From Dendrobates tinctorius (taxonomy: Eukaryota): 64,000 nucleotides of DNA. How positions within the stretch are numbered: the first letter of the stretch is position 1; each line of letters opens with the position of its first letter. A program made the position numbers and the translations under genes. The stretch covers positions 30,566,001 to 30,630,000 of the forward strand of contig NW_027361754.1 of NCBI RefSeq assembly GCF_039654945.1, read 5' to 3'. Below the pieces are notes generated by a model that worked only from the letters and a program-made list of their open reading frames with translations, was not told the DNA's origin and did no database searches. This document shows, in pieces, positions 25,605 to 38,600 of this stretch.

Positions 25605-28600
25605 GTAAGAGAGTGCGGAGCCTGTGTTATTGCTACGGTAATATCTCTAGTGCTTTACCCGTGGGGTGTCATAAATGACGACCATCTCCTCCATCCGCTG
25701 TACCATGTGCACCCCCGACACCCGGGCTCCTCCAAGCCTCTGCAGTGCCCTTGTACCAACGGTTGCGTCGTGTGCTGATTTCTTAATCTCCTGGATCCTT
25801 GGCTAGTAACGGAATTCCCCTAGAAGACATTTACGTTTCTCTGATCGCGTTGTTGTGCCATAAATGTCAGAGATGGGAATATCCCCGTTAGCCTATTAAC
25901 GGTCCAAGTGTTTTATTCCTAAAATTTTTTTTTTTTTTTAAATGTATTAGACATTTTGTTCCATTTGGCATTTACTGGCTCTTTTATTTCCTTGCTTATC
26001 GCTGGCAGCAAATTTGAGTTAACTGAGGATCCATCAGTGAGCTCTTTCTGGTGGGAGAGTTTGCTAAGGTTTTTTTTTTTTTTTCTTTAATCTGCTTTTC
26101 TGAGCTCCTCTCAGCTGATTTAAAGACCACAGGTAACTTAAAGGGGTTGTTCCCTTTCAGATTATGTTCAACCCCGGCTGCAGTTTAACAAACCGCACTG
26201 TGCTCCACTATCCTGGGTCTACTGGCGAGTCTCTGCGGCTTCTCCCGGTGTCTCCATGATGTTTTATTTCTTACAGACAGTGAACAGTTCCACAGACTAT
26301 AATGGGAGCGTGCTCTATTTGTGAAAACCCCTGATTAGAACACATACGTGGCAAACTGACTTCTGAATAAGGCATGAGACTTACAGACTGTTCACTGACA
26401 AAACCTCAGTTAACTCATTCTGCAGCCTGCAATGTGCAGGGAAACAAAGAGCCTGGAATAGTCAAATTATGCAAACCTATTAATGGAGCCAGACTGCAAA
26501 AATAATTTTTAGCCCCAAATCCATGTATTTAAGAAAATATCTCTGACGGTCACTATATTCTTTAAAGAAGACCTGTGGGCAGATCAAAAGTGAACAGTTT
26601 CTGCTGTTTATTCCCGCCGCTTCCGCTTTGTTTTTGTTTTTTTTTTACTCCGCCATATGGACTTTTTTTTTTTTTTAATTTGCTGCTACATTTTTTTTAA
26701 CTAAGGGTGTGTGGCTGACAGGATCCTCAGGGGCGTGTCTTTAAGCTGTTCTGCATAATTACTCCTTTAGTAAGGCTCGTAAAAAGTAGCGCTAAATAAA
26801 AATGTCTGTATCTCTGCATCCATTGGCGGATTTAAATAACCCAAAAACTCTGAAAACTAAAAATAAGAGCACAATCTGTCCACTTGTGATCACTTGTGTC
26901 CTTTAACTAGTGAAGAGGGAAGGGAAGTAAATGGAGAAGCCGGTAAAAAGTACATGTAGCAACTACTTCTTTTACTATTTCGGAGGCACAGTTTGAGGCT
27001 TGTAAGAATGGTGCACCCAAAGTGTGTAAGATTAGGAGCCATGCCGTCTCGCTGGAGCAGCAGGCGTCCTGGTTTGGCAGTTCTCCCGCCTCTGATCACA
27101 CAGGATGTCCGTGTCGCTCATTTATGATTTGCAGTCGGTGTTTGCACAACTCGCACAAACAAGGCAGTGAGGTTTCCTGTCCTCATGCTGTTACTGACCC
27201 AGCGATCACTGGTCTTAGGGCGCAGTCATATAAGGGGCGACGATCCCATCACAGTGCTCGGACTGGCCGGCGGTTATGCTGACCCAAGCCTGTCAGCTGC
27301 ATAGAAATACTCTTGGCCAGTCCCAGCACTGCAATGTGATCGTCGTCTCACTGTGTTCTGATTCTGGGACTCGTGCGGAGATCTGGATGATTCTTTTGGC
27401 TCAGAGAAGTGGTTCTGTTAATGTTGTGCACTCGTGTTGTCAGCAGTAATGGTTGGCTAACCAGGCGCGGAATAAAATGTTGCTGTTTTCTGCCATCGCT
27501 GCTTCCTTTATTTTAGTAGAATTTCCCTGCTTCTCAAGGTTCTATTTGGTTTACCTGCTTGCGAAAAAAAAAATATTACGTCCCGACAAGATTTCAATTA
27601 AAATTTGCTTTGTGTCCTGTTTTTTTTTTGTTTTTTTTTTTTGTTTTTTTTCTTTTTTGCTAATACGTCACTAGGACAGTCGTTCAGCAAGAGCTTATAC
27701 CCGGTGTAAAATCCTCCAAGGCACCTGATTACCAGTGTGCTGAATTTTGGGGTATATTGATTCAGATGTGCTTAAAGAACGGACAGCAGAGGTTAATTTT
27801 TTTTTTTTTTTTACACTCTTGGAGTGAGAAGATGAAGCTTTTATTCCTCCTCGCCGACATAAGTGAAATGTTGCTTGTAGTTCTCCTATTGAGCTAAAGT
27901 TTTAGTGCAAAGTCTCAGGCAGAAAGTTGTATCAATGGACAGCGAGGCGGCGCATCTTGTTGTTTTAAGGGGGGGCAGCGAGGCGGCGCATCTTGTTGGT
28001 TTTAGGGGGGCAGTGAGGCGTCTTGTTGTTTAAGGGGGGGCAGCGAGGCGGCGTGTCTTGTTTAAGGGGGGGCAGTGAGATGGCGCATCTTGTTTAGGGG
28101 GCAGGGAGGTGGCGCATGTTGGTCTTTAGGGGCAGCACATTTTGTTTAGGAGGCGGAGCATCTTTGTGTTTAGGGGCGGCGAGGCTGCGTATCACTGTGT
28201 TGGGGGCGGCGAGGTGGCGCTTCACGGTGTTGAGAGGGCGGCGAGGCAGTGCTTTGTGGTGTTTGGAGGCGGTGCACCACGGTGTGGGGGGGGTCAGCGA
28301 GGTGGCACATCTTGTTTAGGAGAAGCGGCGCATGGTGGTCTTTAGGGGGCAGCACATTTTGTTTAGGAGGCGGCACATCACGGTGTTGGGGGGCAGCGAG
28401 GCGGCACTTCACAGTGTTGGACGGCGAGGCGGACTTTGCGGTGTTTGGAGGCAGTGCATCACGGTGTTGGGGGGCGGCGAGGCGGCACTTCACAATGTTG
28501 GACGGCGAGGCGGACTTTGCGGTGTTTGGAGGCAGTGCATCACGGTGTGGGGGGGGCCTCGAGGCGGTGCTTCGCGGTGTTTGGAGGCGGTGCATCACGG

Positions 28601-29624
28601 TGTTGGGGGGGGGCGTGGCGGCGAAGCGGCGCTTCACTGTGTTGAGAGGGTGGCAAAGCAGCGCTTCGCGGTGTTTGGAGGCGGTGCATCACGGTGTTGG
28701 GGGGGGGGGGGGGGGGCAGCGAGGCGGTGAAATATAGCTGCACTGTACAAAATACTACCATGTGAAAAAAAGTGACTGAGGCAGACCTTTTCTTTAACTT
28801 GTCGGCCTCTCCCCAGCATGAAATCTACTCTTACCTGGAACAATGGCTGGAGGTCATATATTCTGTCCTGAATGCAAACGTAAATCCCGTTACTGAGAAA
28901 GTCCACTTTGAATCCTTTTGTAAATGGGGCTCAAGGTGCACTGGGGGCGGGTGATTCTGGGCCGTGCAGCGATCCTCATTATTCCCCATGGGCTTGATGG
29001 CATTCGCACAGTTTTGACCTCCTGATGTTCCTCTCTCCAGACTCGGTGGCGGTCATGTCTGTGGATTTGGGCTCTGAATGGATGAAAATTGCAATTGTGA
29101 AACCCGGAGTTCCTATGGAAATTGTATTAAACAAGTAAGTCCTGTTGGCCAGAAAAGTGCAACGGAGAAAGTGTTTAATTTAGTAGGGCGTAGGGGAGAT
29201 TTTCCTTGTACATTGTCTTCCATTTTTAGTATACAGTATGTGGAATCTGTTACAGGCTGTGCTATATTCAAGAGCTTCACGGCTGACTTCTCCCAGCATT
29301 GCCAGGGAATGTGCAATTTTTAATGTTTTTGTTAATCTTTATTTTTCAGGGAATCGAGGAGGAAAACGCCTTGTGCTGTAGCTTTAAAAGATAATGAGCG
29401 TCTCTTTGGGGACAGTGCAGTAGGGCTGGTAAGTAACTTGTCGTGCGAAAGGAAAATTATTCTTAAAGGGATGGGTTAAAAATAAGACAAGTGTTGTTTA
29501 CTCGCACAGATCCCATTCTATCACCACAGGGGAAAATGCATTTTTGGGTGGGGTGTTCTGCTGATGCATCGGCTAACAAGGACTCGCTAAGTGCTGTCCT
29601 GACACCTGCAGGGGATCAATACAC

Positions 29625-29656
<32 letters not shown>

Positions 29657-32600
29657 CTGTTCGGAGTATTCTCAAGGCCCAACCTTATAAATAATCCTTT
29701 GGTGAAATGAGTTTTGTCGTGTCCTTTATTCTTCTCCACAGGCAGCTAAGAATCCCAAGGTGATGTTTCGTTACTTCCAAGACTTGATCGGAAAGCGGGC
29801 AGAAAACCCGCAAGTTGACAATTTTAGAAACCGCTTCCCAGAGTACAGTGTTATCAAGGACGGAGAACGGGGCACTGTTCTCTTCAAGCTGTCGGAGTAC
29901 GTTCTTTTTTTTCTTTTTTTTATGATAATAACAATAATGGCATATAAGTATAAAGGTGTTTATAGGAGACTACAACGTTCAGCATGCTTGCAGTTCTTCT
30001 GATCCAGCTTTGGATTTTATGCTTTCAGAGAACTGATGTATTCCCCTGAGGAACTGCTAGCCATGACGCTCAATTACTCCAGGACTCTTGCAGAGGAATT
30101 TGCAGGTAAATTGTATATAGATTACTACTTTCCTCATGCAGTAAGCCCGTCACCCTCCCCAGTACACCAGTGTATTACATAGAAAATTCATTTATTTATA
30201 TGGCGTTAATTGCGCAGTAAAAAAATACTTGGTAACGCTCAGATTGGTAGAATCTCAGATCTGTTTCTGTTTTTTTTTTTTTTTTTTTTTCTTCTGTAAT
30301 ATTTTGTGATTTTCAAAAATTAATAACTTTAGCTAAAAAAAATATAATTGTTTTTTCCTGCCATGTATGTGGGTGTGTATATGTAAATGTGTTTGTATTT
30401 TTTTTTATATTACTAGAAAACTATTTTTAACTGAAAATACAGGCAAAAAGTTTGATATATTATATATGATGATATTTTTGTTATTAGCATTTCTGATCAT
30501 CATTTAACCCCTAAGGCTACTTTCACACATCTGGTGTGTTTGTTGCGGCGGAGAGCCGGACCGCCGGATCAGGCCTGCAGCGGTGACACCGGATGCAGAT
30601 GCGGCGCCTGATCCGGCTTGGAAATCATTTAAAGGAGCCGCAGCGGGGACAAGAGAGAGAGAGACGCGCGCGCTGTGCTGCGCCGGGCACTTGTGGGGTT
30701 AAAACTCAGTGCCCGGGCATGCGCTGTTGAAAAAGCCGGTCCGGCGCTGCAAAAAACCGTTGCAGCCAACGTTTTTTGCTGACGCCGGACAGCGCAGGTT
30801 TGCAGTTTCCGGCAAAAAACGGAGGCGCCGCGTGTCCATCCGGCACGATTCGGCGATCATTACATTCTATGTGCCAAAACCAGATCCAATTCCGGATCCG
30901 GTTTTCACACTTTTCGCCGCATCGTGCTGGATTAAAAAAGACGGATGTGTGAAAGTAGCCTTAATGACCGCCAATACGTCTTCTAACTGACGTGCGATAT
31001 AAGAGAATAGCATCCCCATACAGGTGACAATCCAGTAGCTGTTGGCTGTACGCTATAGCTGGCAACTTGTTGCATCAGCCACGATCAGTGTTTGCACCGT
31101 ACAAATCTTTTTAACCCCTTAGATGCTGCTGTCAATAGTGACAACATCATATAAATGGTTAACAGAGTGGGGGGCTTCCTCTTTATCCTCATCGACACCC
31201 TGAGATCTTGATTGTGTGGTCCTGATGTTTGCCATGGCAATTCATGCCCAAATAGTGGCCTTAGTGTCTAACGGCTGTTGTAACCTGTTAAGACGTTAGT
31301 GGCATTTAGGTGGTAAAAATACACTTTCTCGTTCGTCTTATTGGGGGACACAGAGACCATGGGTGTATGCTGCTGCCACTAGGAGGCTGACACTATGCAC
31401 AAAAAAAGTTAGCTCCTCCTCCGCAGTGTACACCCCACCGACCGGCAGGAAGTTCCTCAGTTTAGCTTAGTGTCAGTAGGAGGTGGACACGGGTCTTTTA
31501 TTAGACCCATATCTACCTCGTCGTGCGTCGTTCCTTTACAGGTTTCGGAGGGATACGGAGTGAACAGTCACATCCGTACTCCCACAAAGAGACTATGAGT
31601 ACGGCGTGTACTGCCACCCCGTATCCTCATAGGTCTCCGCGGCAGGACCAGGAGCCTCGCACAGGTGCGTGCCAGCTATACGGACGGTCCTTGACCCCCG
31701 CCTCCCACCATCTCGCCTACCAGAGCCTGACGGTTGGACGAGGTGTGGATTCCATAAAGACGACAGACAGCGTGGGATTCTCAGGTACCTTTATTGTGGC
31801 CCCCGGCCTGGGTGAGTATGCGGTCTAGTGGTCCCCCGGCGTTTTCATCCTAAGGCGGTTGCCAGGGGACCACGGTAGGGCCTGCGCGCCCGCTTCTCCC
31901 CACGGTCACCGCATCCATGAAGGCCCCTGTTCTTTCGGGCCTTGTTCTGCGCCCCCCCGTTTTTTTCTTCATCCCGGCAGGGGTATACAGGGGTCGGGCT
32001 GTGGGAAGCAGGGACGCGGCCCGGGGTTGCAGCCCGGTGTTGCGGCGCGTCTTCCGCGCCGACCCCCTGCTGACAGGCGGCCGGCGCTATTAATTTAGGC
32101 CCCGGCTTCATCTCGGGCCTACCGCTGCGTCGCGGCCACGCCCCCTGCCCCTTTCTTCTAAGCGGGCTTCTCTCCCGCCCGTCCCAGGCCTTCCCAGCCC
32201 CTTTGCCTCACACCAGCCTGCTATTGGACAGCGGGCGGTGCTAAGGGGATCTCTGCGGCGAGCTCCGCCCTTCTTCTCCCTCTGGCAGCGCGCCCTTTCC
32301 CTGGTGGTCGCCATCTTCTCAGCCTGCCAGCCGGACCTCATTCCCTGCCGGATTTCGGTCGCTGGGCCTTTTTTCAGCCGGATTGGCCTGGCCTCATCCT
32401 GCAGCCAGATCAGAGAGCGTCGCCCTTGGGGACACAGGACCGTGAGTAGCTCTGCACCTGCAGACTGACACCCTTCTCTGCCTTCTGTCCCCCAACCGGC
32501 CGGCACTGCCTCTCTTTTCACTATGTCCAACGCTAAGTCTGATCGTACCCGCCAGGGTGGATTGATTTAAATCATGATTTAAATCACGATTTAAATCAAA

Positions 32601-35600
32601 AGATTTTTTTCTATTTAAATCGGATCGATTTAAATCATGATTTTAATCATGATTTAAATCACTGATTTAAATCAAAAGGTTTTTTTTTTTAATATAAATC
32701 ACGATTAAAATGAGAAGTGAGAGCAGTGTGCATGTGCGCCCATAGTTACACGGACGAAACTAGGGGCAACGATCTAACGCCAGGGTGAGGGGGGGACCCC
32801 AAAGTAAGTAAAAATCTTTTTTGTTTTACTATATGGCAATAGGTAGGTGTTTAAAAGCAGCATGTCTTAATTGTATAAACTATTAATAGCCTCCACATTT
32901 TGTTCATACTGCCCCTTTAATTCCACACTTCTAGCTTGGTTTCAGTTTTGGTTTAGTTTCTTTTTCCCTGCATTCAGTTGACATGCCCAAACTTGTTGGA
33001 TAGTCAGCAGTGCTTGGCTCAGGCTGTAGTAACAATCAAACTTCATAAGTGATCTGTGTGAGCCTGCCATGGCAGCAGGTCGTAAGAGAGACCCTATTTG
33101 GGTTCATTTTGTTGAGATGCCAGCAGCAGATCTTGGAAAGAAAGGTGCAAGAGCAAAGTGCAAATACTGTCAAAAGGATATCCAAGGACTTGTTTGCCGT
33201 TTGAAATCACATTATGAAAACTGCAACCAGAAGGGAAATGAAGATGTTGATAGTGATACAACTAATGTCAATGAACCCCCACAGCTTCTTATGCACCAGG
33301 AGCCTAGTACTAGTGGTAAGTCTGGCAATTAATTTACAACCTATTTTTTTAACAGACATTTTACTGGGATGGTTAAAGTCTATGAAAAGAAAAATTTCTA
33401 GCACTGGTAGTTCTGGAGTATAGAATTTAAATTTATGTTAAGGCAATATTTCACAGAAAATTAACGCTAAAGGACATGTGCACCTTTATTTTTTTTAAGG
33501 TGCACATGTCCTCCCCCCGCAGCGCTCTTACCTCCGATCCCCGCAGCGCTGAGATCCGTGGCTTCGTTTTGACCGTCCGCCTCCCGTCCTCCGGTTGCGG
33601 CCTACTCGCAGTGATCCAGCGGCGTGACGTCAGCGGGCCGCACGCTCCATTGAAATGAATGGAGGCGCGCTCGCGGACGGGCAGAACGAAGCCACGGATC
33701 CCTGCAGCGCTGACATCGGAGGTAAGAGAGCTGCGGGGGGAGGACATGTGCACACTGTGACTGGCTGCACCTTAAAAAATAAAGGTGCACATGTCCTTTA
33801 AGTAAAAATAAAGTGTGTATACGCTTATTTTTTTTTTTATTGTAGGCTGCAATTCACTTTTGAAGTCTGCCAAATTGACCATTTTAAAAAAAAAAAAAAA
33901 ACAATTTTAAAACTTTTGTGACATAATTTTTTTCAGTTGCTGAGGCTCTGATATTAGTTACCAGTATTACAGCAACCTCACCGGAAAACTTGAGTAGCAT
34001 AACTTTTGAGACAGCCCTTATAGGACGAGGACCATTACATTGTTCAAAAAGTTTGTTTCAATATTTTCGTTATATTTCTTCAAATACGCAGTCGATTTAT
34101 ATTTTTAATTTCTGTGCTTTCAGGGTCAAATATGGCTTGTGCTGCACGTGACAATCAATATCTGGGTACAACTTCAACAAAGCAGCCCAAAAAAAAACTT
34201 TGCGTGCAAAGTGTAGAAAAATTCATCTTAAAGACTACGACGAGCCAGAAAGAACATTTTGATGAATTAATTGCTAAATTCATATTTGCAACCAATTCTT
34301 CTTTCCGACTAGTTGAGCACCCATTGTTTGTACAAATGATCGAAGGAATTAGACCAGGCTACAAACCACCAAGTAGATTTGATATCTCAGGAAAACATCT
34401 TCAGGCTGTATACGACATAGAAAGAGCGGCTTGTACAAAATATTTGAAAGACAAGGTTGTTAACATGAGCTTGGATGGTTGGAGCAACATCCACAACGAC
34501 CCCATAATTTGCACTTGTGCCACAACAGAAGATGGTGAAACTTACCTTACAGACACAATCGACACATCTGGAAATTCACATACTGCTGAATATTTACTTG
34601 AAATTGCTAAGAACTCAATTCACCAATGCCAAGAACAGTTTGGATGTAAAGTAAGGAGCTTAGTTACTGATAACGCAAGCAATGTGGCAAAAATGCGAGC
34701 GGAACTGGCACAGGATGACACAAATGTCATTACATACGGTTGTTCTGCCCATTTGTTGCATCTTTTGGCAAAAGACCTGCATATTTTGGGTGTCAAGGAA
34801 CATGTTGTAGAAATTGTTAAATATTTCCGCAATAATCATTTTGCACATGCAACCTACAAGGAAATGGGAGGACTGAAGTTGGTTCTACCACAAGATGTTA
34901 GATGGAATACCTTGGCTGACTGCTTGGAACTGTTTATTAACAACTGGTCAAAATTACTGTCCATTTGCGAAACACATCGGGATAAAATTGATGCTAATAT
35001 ACGAAGCAAAGTATTAAATCTTGGTGTGAAGAGAAATGCCGAGGACCTTTTGGAAAGGTTAAAGCCAATATCGATTGCGTTGGATAAAATGCAGAAAGAT
35101 ACTGCAACCATAGCTGATGCCACAGAAGTTTGGAAAGATTTAGAAGGTTCTCTAGATCTCTTGAACCTCTCAAACAATGTAAAGGTTGCAATACAGCACC
35201 GCAAGGACCAAGCATTAAAAGAAGAACACTATTTAGCCAATATCTTGCATCCCATCTACAGAGGGAAAAAATTATCTGAGGCGGAAATCAACTCTGCAAT
35301 GGAGTGGCTCGCCAATACTAACCATGACATTGTGGCAACTGTGCTGAAATTGAAGTGTGAATCTGCACCATTTCAAAAATACATGTTTGCAGATAACGTC
35401 GTTAATGAACTAAAACCACTGGACTGGTGGAAGTTGCAATCACTTGTTCTTCCAGCAAAGATAATAAATCTAGCTACTCAGCTACTGACTGCATCGGCTT
35501 CATCCGCAGGAGTAGAGAGATTGTTTTCTTCATTTGGTTTTGTGCACACAACAGTCCGAAACCGCTTAGGAACTGCTAAAGCAGGACAACTGGTTTTCCT

Positions 35601-38600
35601 TAAAAGTCCTAAATAAACAGTAGGCTTAAAGGACTGATGTATTCACTGAAGATGTTTGCTTACTTCAAACGTTAGAGATAGGCTATTGTTAAAAAGTACT
35701 TACTCTGTAGTTCAATTCTGAGTGTTTAATAGTGCAAATAAAAATTATTAGGTTTCATAATCAACTGTTTTAATATTTTTATTTGTGTAAAACAATTAGA
35801 TTTGCAAAAAGACAAAGTTTTGCTTGTGTACAACTTGATTAAAAAATCTGATTTAAATCAAATGATTTAAATAAAAAAAATCTGATTTTTTTGATTTTTT
35901 TTAAAAAAAATCAAGATTTTTATCCACCCTGAGTACCCGCTCTGCGTCCAGCCCGACGCCGCTCAGGAGCCATCCATAGAACCAGGGGCGAGTGAGCCCC
36001 CCATGCCGGATTGGGCCTCCTCTCAATCACAGTCAGTGGCAGACCTCATCAAGGTGTCTCAGTCCCTAGTAGCCGTTCTGGACAAGTTGCCCTTGGGAGC
36101 TTCGGCGGGACCCAGCACGTCTCAGGACGTCCCATCTGAGCCAGCCAGCGGCAGTCGCAAGAGGCCCAGGCAGGACCTCCAGGCGGAGTCCTCCCCTCGT
36201 CCTACCTCACCCCATAGTCCCCAGCAGTCTCCCTCTCGGGCCTCCTCCTCCGAGTCAGGCGAAGCGCTTTCGGAATCGGAAGGGGTCTTAGAGCTGGATT
36301 CGGACCAGGATGCGAACATGAAGGTTACGGTGCAAAACCTCATTGCCGCGATTCACCATACCTTTGACATCGCTGACGCCCCTGCGAAATCCTCAGATCA
36401 GGAGGTTTCGTCCAGACGGGCGGAAACACCATCCAGGGTGTTTCCCTTCCATTCTGAGTTTGGAAAGATTTTTACAAAGGAGAGAGAAGATCCGACCAGA
36501 CGCTTTCAAAGAGGAAAGCGTCTCGGCGTGCTGTACCCGTTTGCTAAAGAGCTCACGGACAACTGGGCCGCTTCTCCCTCGGTGGACCCTCCCGTGTCCA
36601 GACTTTCTAATAATACGGTCCTTCCGCTGTCAGGTGTGGCGTCGCTAAAAGATTCTAATGATAGGATCATAGAATCTCTAGCAAAATCTGCCTTCGAAGC
36701 GGCATCAGCAGCGGTATGTCCAGTCTTTGTTTCTTCTTGGGCAGCAAAGGCCATATCCACTTGGGCAGATGACCTTCGGCAGGGCATTCTGGATAAGGCA
36801 CGACCAGAGCATTTGGCCGATCTCGCCAATCAGATTTCCCATGCGGGGGATTATCTGCTTTCTGCCTCCTTGGATGCCGCATCTTGCGCAGTTCAGACGT
36901 CAAGTAACATCGTGGCAATCCGACATACAATTTGGCTCAAGGCCTGGCAGGCGGACTTGTCCTCTAAAAAGTCTCTGACCAATCTGCCTTTTCAGGGAGT
37001 ACGTCTCTTCGGATCACAATTGGATCAGATTATTAAGGACGCTACCGGAGGTACGAGTTCTCTTCTCCCCTCCAAGCCTCGCAGACCTCCTCCAAGGCGT
37101 CAGTTTCGTCCCTTTCGGACTTTCCGCCATTTCAATACGGCGGAAAACCCTTCCAACCAGCAAAGGCCACAGGCACATCAGGAAAGAAAGAAGGTTTCCT
37201 TCATGCCCACTCCGTCCTGGCGGTCCCACTCTTCCCAGGGAAGACCGTCCAGATCTAGATCTGGACGGTCTACGTCCGCATGACTACCATCGGTCTCCCG
37301 TGGGTCCCTTCCAATTGGGAGGTCGACTTCTCTTCTTCAGCGACGTCTGGCTCGCCTCAGTAGAGGACGCTTGGGTCAGAGAGGTTGTATCAACAGGATA
37401 CAAAATAGAGTTCATTTCTCTTCCACGGGATCGTTTCTTACAATCCCGTCCGCCGAGGGATCCGGCCTTGGTCCCGGGGTTCGGTTCGGCCATCGCCTCT
37501 CTTCTCCGTTCCGGGGTGATTGTGCCCGTTCCCGAATCGGAACGCTTCACAGGGTTTTATTCAGACCTGTTTGTGGTGCCGAAAAAGGACGGGACAGTTC
37601 GACCCATCTTGGTTCTCAAGTTACTCAACAAGAGAGTTCGCCTTCGCCACTTCTGGATGGAGTCAGTTCGCTCGGTAATTGCTTCCATGGAGGAGCAGGA
37701 ATTCATGGGTTCCATAGACGTCCAAGATGCCTATCTACATGTGCCCATATTTCCCGGACATCAGAAGTTCCTGCGGTTTGCGATTCTTCACGAACATTAC
37801 CAGTTCGTCGCGCTTCCTTTCGGGCTCGCCACCGCTCCCAGAGTCTTCACAAAGATTATGGCGGCGTTGATGGCCTTGTTGAGGATCAGAGGTCTCGTTA
37901 TTTTTCCGTACCTCGACGATATCCTGATCAAGGCCCCCTCCTTTCAACAGGCCCGCCTAAGTGTGGCGATCGTTCTAGACACCCTGTCCAGTTTTGGGTG
38001 GATCGTCAACCGGGAAAAGTCCTGTCTGGTCCCTACTCAACGCCTTGTGTTTCTGGGCCTTCTGTTCGACACTCGTCGGTCAAGGGTATTTCTCCCACAA
38101 GACAAGATTCTTTCCCTGCAGCAGGGCGTGCGATCATTACAGATCACACGATTTCCATCCCTCAGGACAGCCATGAGGGTCCTGGGGAAGATGGTGGCGG
38201 CGATAGAGGCAGTTCCCTTTGCCCAATTTCACGCCAGGCCACTCCAGCAGGCCATTTTGTCCAGGTGGAACAGGTCGGCTCTGTCTCTGGATCGTCCGAT
38301 TCGCCTTTCCTGCCGGATCAGGCGGTCTCTCAACTGGTGGTTGACGTCTCCCCTCATTCTCTTGGGGCGGTCTTTTCTTCCCGTTCACTGGCAGATTGTC
38401 ACTACGGACGCCAGCCTCATCGGCTGGGGTGCAGTGTTCCGCAATCACACTGTTCAGGGTCGATGGTCGACTCAGGAACCAGCTCTGCAGATCAATGTCC
38501 TAGAGATACGGGAGATCCATCTAGCTCTCGTCCACTGGGAAAGGCGCCTCAAGGGCCTGCCTGTCAGGATTCAGACAGACAATGCCACAGCGGTGGCGTA

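Larger units (their letters stand above)
32553..35932 (+). mobile_element. hAT DNA transposon with a near-intact transposase
   Basis: TIR cagggtggat / atccaccctg; TSD gtacccgc at 32545-32552 and 35933-35940; subterminal GATTTAAATC arrays. Confidence 0.93.

Noticed and set aside
28116-28761. Cluster of Gly/Arg/Ala-rich ORFs
   Set aside because: They arise from a degenerate G-rich tandem repeat.
31640-31692. HDV-like ribozyme candidate (ggca..ggacc..gcctcgc..tgcc..ggtcct)
   Set aside because: P1 is only 4 bp, and P3, P1.1 and the catalytic C-G/A-A strand do not fit.
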